From: Chrysomallon squamiferum
Taxonomy: Eukaryota; Animalia; Mollusca
Reading direction: 5' to 3'
Length of the DNA: 64,000 bases
NCBI GenBank assembly: GCA_012295275.1
Contig: CM022665.1
Coordinates: 25,234,001 to 25,298,000 of the forward strand
A program made the translations under genes and the position numbers. How positions within the stretch are numbered: position 1 is the stretch's first letter; each line of letters starts with the position of its first letter. Under the pieces are notes generated by a model. It did no database searches and had not been told where the DNA came from. It saw nothing but the letters and a program-made list of their open reading frames with translations. This document shows positions 28,076 through 39,303 of this stretch, piece after piece.

Positions 28076-28207
28076 CAGCGTTACACACTGCCTTTTCTTC
28101 ATCAAAGCCGTCGTCGCAGTCATACGTGCCGTCGCACACAAACTTAAGAGCTATGCATTTAAACGATGATCTGCATAAAAATGGTTTGTCTGCAGGACAG
28201 GGATTAC
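28076..28207 (-). CDS. Prohormone-4/IDL coding exon 2: LDL-receptor class A (LDLa) module
   Basis: Acceptor ttgtttttgcag|GT and donor CTG|gtaaga; 132 nt, phase 1-1. Encodes (G)NPCPADKPFLCRSSFKCIALKFVCDGTYDCDDGFDEEKAVCNA: six Cys with F-x-C, C-I and the acidic CDGxxDCxDGxDE calcium cage typical of LDLa. Not in the ORF track. Confidence 0.95.
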
Positions 28208-29035
28208 CTGCAAAAACAAAAGGATTAGAAGTTAGGTTTAGACATACGGATAACTTATAATGATACTAATTTGTTATGCCCACAGTTATACAACTGTAAT
28301 TTACAAAAGAAAAGAAAAACAAGAAGAAAAGTTAAATTTAAAAGAATCTCTGTTCCCGATTTGTTAATGATTTCACCTAAAATTGGATTTCACTGTTGTG
28401 ATACATGGGGCATTTGTTTCAGTAAAATTGGTTAATTTATTGTGTGTTGTTGTTGTTGCTGCTGCTGCTGCTATTGTGATTGTTCGTTATTAGATTCATT
28501 TATCAGTTTCTCTTGTCTTTTCGTTTCGTACACCATGACGTAATGTTTGATTTTTCGCGGCTGTTGTTATTGTTGTTCTAACTAGACCGCTAATAAAAAC
28601 AATATATATCCATTGTGCATTTAAAAATAACATTTGTATATAAAATATATGTGACATCAAATAATTGACTACGAATATTTGTATGTTTTACGGACAAAGT
28701 TATAGATAACATTAAAAACATTGCATACAGAGCCATCAAAGAAGAGAAAGTATTATATAGCAGATTAGTCCGTCTAGATTTCTCCTGCGACGGACGCGCC
28801 CGCTGACCTGTCAGAAAGCGTGCCCGTCGCAGACGTGCTTCACAACAGCTTGCTCTGATTAGCACGTTAATTTTTTTCCATTTCCATTTCCATAGATTTC
28901 TCAATATACAGATATTGTTACAAACTGGAATAGTTTTCTTTTGCAATTTCTACTTAACACAGAAAAGAAAGATTTCGCAGACACCTGATATTCGTAACTT
29001 TATATTTCAAAAAAAAAAATAATAATAATAATAAA

Positions 29036-29164
<129 letters not shown>

Positions 29165-32100
29165 AATTAACTTTAAACCAAACGTCTGTGTATTTCAAAT
29201 ACATTCTTGTTGCAGAGGTGCACCCATGATTTCACTTCTTATATTCATCCATCATTTACATGTTTCGTTTAAGTTAAAGACGTTTCAGTGATTCTGGGAA
29301 TAGTTTACTGGGGAAGTAAACGTGTTTTTCGACAAAGCTGCTATTGCTCATTGAAAAAGTGACAACTTTCCAATACCTAATATGAAATTATTTGCCAATC
29401 TTGAGAAAATATTTACCGTGGGGATTAGCAAGAAACTGATTTGGTGCTGGGAGTGCAGAAAGCAGGGACCCGTATTCTTATTATTGGTGCTGAAATTTGC
29501 GTCTAGAGAATATATTTTCGCCATTCGTCTTGCCGAAAGCAAAATGCTAGACACATTTCACGTCAATTACATGTCATGTCCAATTTCTGCTAGTTTTCTG
29601 TTATAATACAAATTGTTTTCAAAAAATGAGGTGAAAAGTCTACCATGAATTATTTACTTCCTTGGGAATTGTTTATATTATTTGACACATCAGTGAGTAA
29701 ACCTCTCTGTGTTATGTACATGTGTTTATGGGTGTGATTATAAGTGTATGCGTGCTTATACTTGTTTATATGTATGAACAAATTAGTCTAAAATGTGCAT
29801 GAATGTATATATATGAGTGTGTGTATATCTATCTATCTATATATTTAGAAAGAACGCGATGTGTGTGTATGTATTTATATATTTATGCATTTGTATGTGA
29901 GTGTGCTTTTCAATGAGTGCCGCCTTTACGCAGCTAGTAACTAAATAGAGATTCCTGTTTATGCACATCATTAAATTAATCCTATTAAAATAGCAGAAAC
30001 GAAAATTTTTAAAATCTACGTCGACACAGGTTGGAGTCAAGCAGTGAGCACGGAACTGTCACATTCACATCCAAGCTGGACTGACTGACTGAACGAATAT
30101 TTAGAGTTTATATTAATAACAATAGTTAACAGTTGTGCAGTCTATAATTATTTAACGTTAAAATATGTATTAACACAGAGAAATATTTTAATTGCGTCTT
30201 TCCATTCACAAGAATTCCATTCATACTATAGCATTTGCTATAAAAATGGAACAGTGAATAGGAAGAGTAGTATTTTTTTTTTTTAAATAAATTAAAAATA
30301 AAAATAAAACCTGACCATGAATGAACTGCTCAGATAAGCTTTCTACAGTTAAGCTAAGGAATCAGGGAGCTCCCTAACGAACAAAAGCTACTGATAATCA
30401 GAGTTATTGTCATCATAGAGCGGGGGAGTCGGATAACCAAGAATTAAATTTAATCGTTTCATTCATATAATTAACCTTTAAGAAAACGTTTTTCTTTCAT
30501 TTCAAATGACGGGAGGTAATCTGAAAACTTGAAAGAAACAGCTGACAACGGCAGGTCGTATGCAGATACAGCTACAACTACACCAGCAATACTGTCATTT
30601 GTGTGTAAGTGTGCGTGTGTGTGTGTGTGTGCGTGTGTTAATGCATTAATACTCTGTTATTGTTACCACTATGTGCTCTGTGACATCACCGATAAATTAT
30701 AAACGATTTTAATTTTAAAAAGGAAGCGAAATAGTCAGTCAGTTTTCTTTGTCGTGCATTTAACTGTATTGTCTTGTCTTCCACAGAAGCAACCCTTCAA
30801 GTTGAAATGACAAAACCATAATATCATCATTTCGATTATCAATTGCACTGAATTAAATATGTAGAATTCTGGGCTTGTCATATCTGTGACTGTAAAGTGG
30901 TCAGATTAGTGCCGTATTATCAAGTACAAAAGGTTCAGATTAGTGTTGTGTTTGTTTCTTGTAAACCTCCGCTAGCCAACGGGAATTTTTAAAATTTTGA
31001 ACCACCGTTATCTGCCATAACCTGGCTTCAGAAGAACAAAGCTTGGCCGATGAACATTGATCATGATGGAGATTCCGCCTGAACGGACAGAAGGAAATCA
31101 TAAGATTCTGGTCAAGATGGTTGATATAGTATTCTAAGGAATAAAGCCATCTTCGAAACCAGAGATATACAAACCTTTTGACGGTTATTTCTGTTGTGAG
31201 CATGTGCATGTGTGTGTGTGTGAGAGATGTTTGAATGTACTTATATTTGTATGTATTTCAATACACCAAAAATAATTATTCTTTTAAAGATAATGATATC
31301 ACCACTAATTTCTTTGTTTATTAAATAAAATTCTTATTTTAACGATTTTGGGTTTAAAAAAAAAACTAATAATAATAAACAAATACATAATAAAACTAAT
31401 AATAATAAATAAATAAATAAATAAATAACAAAATTTCAAAAACTCAGAGCATAAAAATGGCGATAGTAAATAATAATAAAAACAATACATTAAAATTCTA
31501 CAAAATAAAATTTCCACGTTGAAAAGCATGATTTTTTTACTTCATTACGTAAACAGAAATAATACAGATTACATTCCTATCGACTAGTATATCATTACTT
31601 ATCAATAATTTTATTACCCTTTATGTCAGTGTAACTTTAACTCTCCGACCTAAAATTATTTTAAAATTGATATTATTTTAAATAGTAAAACATAAAACAA
31701 AATTAAAAAAGGAAAAATTGAAATGATAGACTCTTATCTGATAACTTTTACCTAATGGTGGAAGTGTCAGTTTGCTTCATTTTAATGTTCAGATTTTGAT
31801 TTGGAATCTTATTACATTTAAAAATATTACTATCATTACAACTACTACACTATCACAACTCGCTACAGATAAATAAATGTTTTTTGCTTGTCGGCTGTTT
31901 AAAAATAACTATACTGCCAATAATGATGAAAAATATTCATTATCTCACTAATATTAATTAGTAATATAAATTATCGTTTTTAATAAACAGTATATTATTT
32001 TTCGAAGAAAACTAATCAACCAAAATATTTATACTTTTTGAATATGTTGTGATCGTTCAACGTCATGTATTATGACGTCATAAATGTCTTAACTTGGACG

Positions 32101-33880
32101 TAGCAACGTAAGTTGTTGAATGGTTGTAGTCTGAACATGTTGGTTTCTAATCTGGTTATCGTGTTGTAAATATTTATCATGTAAAATGGTAAGTTTAAAC
32201 AGAAATAGATAGATATATTAACCTAGACATTTTTAGTCGTTTGCGATATTTATGAGTAATAATTATTATTTTAGTGGCTGCTTATTATTGAATTCCTCAC
32301 GTTATAGTTTATAAGTGACAAAAAAGAAGTTATTTAAAAAACATGTGTGTATACGTATGTATTTGTGTAAACATACACATTTGAGAAAGTGAGAGAGAGT
32401 TTACTTAATGTAACTTAGTGATTTTTAAAGATATTACACGCCTAACGACTGTGTCATAATAACAAAACAAATCATAAGAATTTTAATTTAAATCTTTTAA
32501 ATTTGTTTATATTCGTTCATTTTGATGTATTAACTAATCCACAATGGCAGACTGATATTTTTCTTGTCGTTTACTAATAAAATGTTTTCGGTATCGATAT
32601 TTTTACGATTAACAACGTAGAAAAACAAATTCTGTTAAAAAAAAATAATTAAAAAATAATAATAATAACAATAATTGAAAAAAAAAAAAAATGGAATTAA
32701 ACTTGCAATTTCACAAATATCCAGTTTCAAACCTTTCAAACATTAAGAAGCAATTGCGGCTGAAAAACGAAGTGTCACAGATCATTACGTTTAAAGTCAG
32801 GTAAACAGTACCGTTTGTAAAATTCACGTCAATGACGAACTCTACAGAGAAGTGTTGTATTACCAACACACTTGGTCTGGCGACGACTCGTCAAAGAAAC
32901 CTGTCAAATACAGAAACTCTACGCTACAGGGAAAAATCGAGCTACTCGAGTTTTCATTAAAACAGCAAACCCGCGGATACCACGAGAATTAATTTCCTTC
33001 CCGCTACAATGTGTTAGGAAAGACGGGTTTCACTGCCAATTGATTGGTGTGGCGTCCACATTGTTACCGTTGGTGATCTGATAGGCTCATTTCCCCCGCT
33101 ATTGATACACATACTGGGTCAGTCGTCGCGATTTCGCTTTGATCATTACCTTGAGCATGTCAAGCAATTTCGTTGTTCTTATAACTGACCTCAGCTACAA
33201 CGCGGTTGTGTTCATCAAACATGGAGTTTGTACAAATCACTGTTGGTTTATCGTGCTTAGAAATCTTCTCAGATATTCGGCGTGACATTTGAAGACTTTC
33301 AACAAATATCGTTTAATTTCATTCCGACATTCACAAACAAATTTAAATCAATTACTGGAAAATACAGACAATACTTAATTCAATTTTTGGTGGGTTTTTT
33401 TTTTTTTTTTTTTTTTGTTTGTTGGCAAAGCACATGTTGACATATTAAAAGAAAAGAAAACCCTAACGTTTTTCTGAAACAAGTACTGTTAACTCGCGTG
33501 TCTAAAAACACACCGCGATGATCAGCGAACTGGCGAAGCATTCATTACGTCAAGTACAAAAAGAAAATCACAGAGTTTAAAGCAACAAATTTAATTTGCA
33601 GAACATTTAGCGATGATGTTAAATATACTCGTCTGTTAGACTACTCCAGGTTACCCGTAAATTTAATTTTGACGATGAACTGATTTACAATTTCAGTTAA
33701 TCAATTTCGTACAAGTCTGTCTTTCAGCACAGTGAATTGAAGTGGAATGTCGATTCTGATTTCAAACAAAGCACAGAAACCGACAGAGTTTTCATCATTT
33801 GAATGTTATAAGACATCTGAGACAATTGGGTCTAAAATTTAGTTCTCTGTTAATGTGAAACTATTTTTAACAACGCACCA

Positions 33881-34065
33881 AACTGAACTTCACCTTAGTT
33901 CTAATATTAATAACCCACTATAAAATGAATCATATTGTAATTCTAAAATTAATAGTAAAAACTGAACTGAAATCTAATTCTAATATTAACAGTATAATCT
34001 GAACTGTACAGTAATTCTTATATTAATAATATAACTTAATCACAGTTTACTATAGTTCTGATAAT
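33881..34065. repeat. Degenerate ~37-bp minisatellite, 4-5 copies
   Basis: Recurring ctgaact-N6-taattctaatattaa motif, immediately 5' of the SINE remnant. Confidence 0.65.
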
Positions 34066-34090
34066 TATTTATGAACATGATTATTTATGA

Positions 34091-34408
34091 AGGGACGAGC
34101 TATATGTCAAGTGGAAGTGAGCTGGCCTGAAACTCAGCTGACTATAACATAAATCTTCATAGCGACTTGCATTATTATTTTTCTTCCCTTCCCCACCAGT
34201 TTCCTTCAGGCTTAACAGAAGGTGAGATATGTGTTTGCATGTCACTGAAATCGTGTTTATATAAAATATCCCTTGCTGCTGATCACAAAAAGAGTAGTCG
34301 TCCATTGCCACTGTTTCGTCTTTCATCCGCATTACCTTTATGACACCATACAGTTATAACCGTAGAGTGAATACGTGCTGAGTGTTGCTGAATAAATCAT
34401 GTCTTCCT
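34091..34408 (+). mobile_element. Decayed tRNA-derived SINE (Meta/MESC-domain-like) in intron 1, antisense to the gene
   Basis: Central aaaatatcccttgctgctgatcacaaaaagagtagtc (34263-34299) and tail ataaccgtagagtgaatacgtgctgagtgttgctgaataaa. Same order and spacing of motifs as the copy at 20189-20482. Confidence 0.65.
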
Positions 34409-36913
34409 ATTTCTCAAAATAAATTCAAACATTAACTGATAGCTAAAGGACGTGCTGGATTAATTGGTCACTGATATTATACGTCTTTGAGGTCAGTGTT
34501 TCATCTGATACACGTCAACAGTTATTACTGAGATGAGCAATACATTCGTTTTTCGTATCCGATTTTTGACTATCGCGCCATCATGACTGATAGAGACGTG
34601 ATTCAGCTAAATGACTTTTATTTCGCTAATAAAAGACAGTCGTAAGCAAATTGGTAGCCGATATCTCTTGCCTTGTGGAAATTCATCCACTTTAGACCAT
34701 TATCAAATTTCTAAATACTCGTCTTTGAGTCTGAAATTTATTACCATGAAAATGTTAAAACGACGCAATGAAATATAAACGAAATTCTGCAACTACATGT
34801 TTTTTTTTTTTTTAACGACGACTTAAATGTTTTCAAAGCATGGCGTTTCTGAATTTAGTTTGGTGATTATCAACTCCCAAAGGTGCAATTATCAAATAAC
34901 TGTTGTCCAATCGCTGAATGGTGACCGAGTCTTGAGTCTGTTGTTCGGCTGAGAAAATGAATTCATGGTCACGCGACACTTACTCTTTATATCTCTCAAC
35001 AGCAGACGTTAGGTACGTTCATTGAGTTGGACAAAACATATTGGCCATTAGCGACAGAAGCATGTTGTTCATAGCCCAGTTTGTAGAAGATGGCGCCAAA
35101 CTATTTTCCTTTTTTCTTTTTTACATGTGTGTATGTGATAAAAACGCAGTGTAAACGATTCCCTGTTTTACAAATTTAAAACACGAAATAACACAGTATT
35201 CGCAGAGTCACGACAGAGCGTGTATGTAATTTTATTAACGAATGAATGCACAATGTGTTTTTAAGTGATGTTAACGTAAGTGAGATTTAAAAGTCACTGT
35301 GTCGTCTCTGCCGAAATGATATGCAAATTGTTTATATTTTTGTATCTGAGTTTTCTGTTAAAAAATTTAATGGGAAGCAAACTGTTATAGTTTTCTCAGC
35401 CTTTAATCTTTTTTAAAACTTTATGACCTTTTAATGTTTGTATAAATAATATTGTTGTTTGATGATAATCGGTGTTGGTTATTTTTGCGATTTTTATATA
35501 AAACAATTATATTACAATTTTATGAATTCAAAATAAGTTAAGAACCTCAGTACAAAAAATGCAAGACTTGTGAGCATCAAACTGAAATCCTAACAGTCAT
35601 ATAACGTAAAATAACCAGACACTCTAATCGCATTCGTAGATCAGTGTGTAATTCTAATATTGTTGAATAAAGACACGAACGTTATTTAAAAATAAAAATA
35701 ATGAAGCCTTCACTGCTTAACGCTGAAGCTGCAGTGAAAGTCTCTTCTTCTCCCATTCGTGTGATGATATATACCAAACAGGTTAAACTGCAGAAGCGTT
35801 CCGCCAGTAAATCGTTCTGGAGTTTATTGCCATCATATGAGAGGATTGCGAATCATTATCGACAGTTAATACGTGATGATTGCCGTCCACACACAAGCAG
35901 TAAAAAATACAGCTATCGGTCTACAACGTAGGATTTGCCGAGCTAACAGAGAAATCCTGATTTAAGCCATCCCAGCACGATCTAGACGACATCAAAACCA
36001 TTAGCAGAGCTTTTACGTGAATCTGTTGGTCCACATCATTTAATAAAAAAGTATGATTGCTCGTGATAAAGCTAGGACGGCAAGGTCTGTTTAAACAAAG
36101 GATAATCGCAAACACATTGGTCTATCAAAAATGGGCAGTAATTAAGATCAATAACCATGTTAAATGTCAGTCGTGCTCCAATCTCCAGTAACAGAAGGTG
36201 TTGTTTTTCGTCTACGTTTCAAGGTTTGGTTTAAAACATTCCAGCATGCGTAGACGTGAAACGATTTTGGCAACAACTTTATGTCGAATTTGCCATGATT
36301 GTAGTTATAATTCATCAGGTAAATATTGATTTACTTTACTAATCAGAGAGCAAATAAAAGAAAAGGAACGTACTTACTGTTTACTATGAAAGACTGGTCA
36401 GTCACATTTGACAAATTTATTATACGACTTAATTGGTATATTGGAATATTTACGACATTTTTCTCTCTCGCTCTCTTTCTCTCTACCTCTCTCTGTCTGT
36501 CTGTCTTTCTTTCTTTGTATGTGTATATGTGTCTGTGATTATTTATATAGGATTAATCCAGACTTGTGTTTTGTTTCGTGTTATATATAACTGTGATTTG
36601 TCCCCTGTATCGTATGACATTATTCTACATAAAACGATCAAGAGCCGAAAATAGAAACTGACAAAAAAAAAAAAAAAAAAACCAAACAAACAACATTAAA
36701 TAATAATAACAATATCACAAAGATATGATAGGATTACAACATAATTCGGAACAGCATGTGGCAGTGATGTGTGATGCGGTGGACGTCGGTACAGAATGAT
36801 ACGTCTGATGTAATGTGGTATGGTGTGTTGGCATGACATAGCACGGCATGACATGGTACTGCATGTTGTATTGATTTGTATTCTTTCCTTTTCAATTATT
36901 TATTTATTTTGTT

Positions 36914-36949
<36 letters not shown>

Positions 36950-37394
36950 TTAAAACACGATTAAATAGTAGCTAATGCCTTAAGAAATCTGCATTAAAGA
37001 TTCCTTTCATTTCCTTTTTAAGACCAAGAATATTTTGTTCAAAATTCCAAAGCCATTGCAGAGGAAATGTAACTGGTATTAAATTACTTAACGCATCCCA
37101 AGTTGTCCGTAAACCAATAGTTAATCGAGTGCAGTTCGCATTTCAACTACAAAAACATTTCATACAAATACATAGGCTATTCACTCTAGCGTGTGATTCT
37201 GTGAAATCACAAAAACATATACTTATTATTACTTTTTGTGAGCTTCTTTTTGTACCTAAACACAAGGTACGTTCAGTATCGATATTTAGTAACTACGTAA
37301 ATTTTTATGTATGTGTTCGTCCATATTTTTCTATGCTTTAGTGTTTATTATGCATATGGATACGCACATAAATTCATGTAACACAAACAAACAT

Positions 37395-37425
<31 letters not shown>

Positions 37426-37776
37426 CATACCAATACACACACACACATACATACATACATATACATATAAGCGAAAGAGAGAGATAAATGGTACATGGAT
37501 GAATAGGTAGGAGGTATGAATGAAGACAGAGAGATATAGTCAGGACAGAATGTTCTGTTTGTCACGTAAACCGTCTGCTAAGCAAAACGAGTTCATGTGA
37601 CCAGGGAATAAATTAGTTGGTAAGTCTTTCACATTCGTATCAAGCCTGCCTATATATTTTATTTCTTAAACGTCAGGGATCGATGAGACTGAAAGTCTTC
37701 CTATTTCTAACAAGAAACCTTATTTGCGAGTGCAATTTCATTATGTGAAAATAACTGTCATTTCAGTTTGTCAAGT

Positions 37777-37890
<114 letters not shown>

Positions 37891-38990
37891 TATTTTTCTG
37901 ACTTCAGTACTCAGTTAATCCAAATAAATAAGCGAAGCGCATGTGCATATGGGTGTATCTGTATGTGCGCATTAATGCTTGAAAACGGTGTATTTGATGG
38001 TGCTTACATTTAAAAGATAAAGAACTGGTGAAAAAAACCTTTTTTAGACGAAAACTGAAAAAAAAAAATTCTTCAAAAAAAGGTTAATACATAATATAAC
38101 CACAACGTCGAAGAAGCGGCTATGAAAAATGCCATAAACTTCACCTCAAGCTATATTGCTAAGCTATTTCCGTTGATTTCAAAGAATACGTTAATGAAAT
38201 TTCATGCCAAATCATTTACCAACGTAAAACTTTGTTTTGATCTTTTCCAGAGGGTAATTTTAGTGTTTTCAGCTGTCTCGATGTATGGTTTATTGGTTAA
38301 CTAATTTCAAAATCATTTACATATTTTAGAATTCAGCTTCTAGGAACCTCTTGAATTTATTATTGAAATATATTAAATATATTTATAGGTTCTGTTGGTG
38401 GTGGTGATGTGGAAACTGGGTGGGATTTAGGGGGGTGGATATTTTCTTATGTTTGTTTATTTACCTCTCTATTTTTCATTAAGATTCGATTAGCCATTTT
38501 ATTGTTGGACATTTATTTTGATTTTTTTTTTTCCTGAACGTTTTTTGCCTCTTAAAACTACTAAATTTTAACCGCCAGTCATTGCAAACACAAATTTGTT
38601 TTTTAGAAAAAAACAAAACAAATGTACACGCCTACACGTGTTGACAGCAAAAAGGAATCATGTTGAGATTTCACATTTAAAACTGGTCATTAAGAGGTGG
38701 GCGGTTAATGTGTTAAATATCGTAAACATAGAAAGTATCGTGTGTGTGTGTGTGTGTGTGTGTGCACATATATATACACATATATATACACATATACATA
38801 CACATACATGCACACATGCACATACATACACATATGCAAACGTATATATTGATATATCTTGAAGTATCTGTTTATATGTATCTGCGTAGGTGTGTCTCTC
38901 TGTCGGTATTTCTTTTTATATTATTACAGGTAGGTAGGTACCTACGTATATACCTAACAACAACAAAAATTAAATGAAAGCAAGATTTAC

Positions 38991-39138
38991 CTGTACATTC
39001 CGATCCTCTTTTATGAGAAGGAATGAACGCAGGGTGTAGATGTGAGAGTCGTGAGAAATCTATTTTCATTCCATTTGAGCAGACGCACAGCAGAGCAGCT
39101 ATAGCAACCGTTACTTCTACCTTGAAGGACAAAGGCAT
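38991..39138 (-). CDS. Prohormone-4/IDL coding exon 1: signal peptide, IDFSR peptide, KR site
   Basis: Acceptor tttttcag|ATG at 39139/39138 and donor ACAG|gtaaat at 38991/38990. Encodes MPLSFKVEVTVAIAALLCVCSNG-MKIDFSRLSHLHPAFIPSH-KR-GSECT(G). It is the N-terminal part of track ORF 38872..39138. Confidence 0.9.
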
Positions 39139-39247
39139 CTGAAAAATAATAAAATAATAATAATAATAACAACAACAACAATAACTGAAAAACGCGAAGA
39201 TGACAACAAGAGTGATAATGCTGATGGTGATGATGATGACGATGACG

Positions 39248-39303
<56 letters not shown>

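Noticed and set aside
28076-28207. LDLa exon as part of an LRP/LDL receptor, relaxin-type receptor (LGR) or erythrocruorin linker
   Set aside because: There is only one module, with no EGF/YWTD, LRR or transmembrane exons. The flanking exons give a short secreted precursor with the IDxSR...KR signature.
32092-32165. Possible further decayed tRNA-SINE head
   Set aside because: Too degenerate to support by eye; no intact tRNA cloverleaf seen here or elsewhere in the window.
38872-38990. C-terminal part of track ORF 38872..39138 (KSCFHLIF...)
   Set aside because: Intronic read-through past the AG|gtaaat donor; splicing to the LDLa exon gives the coherent protein.
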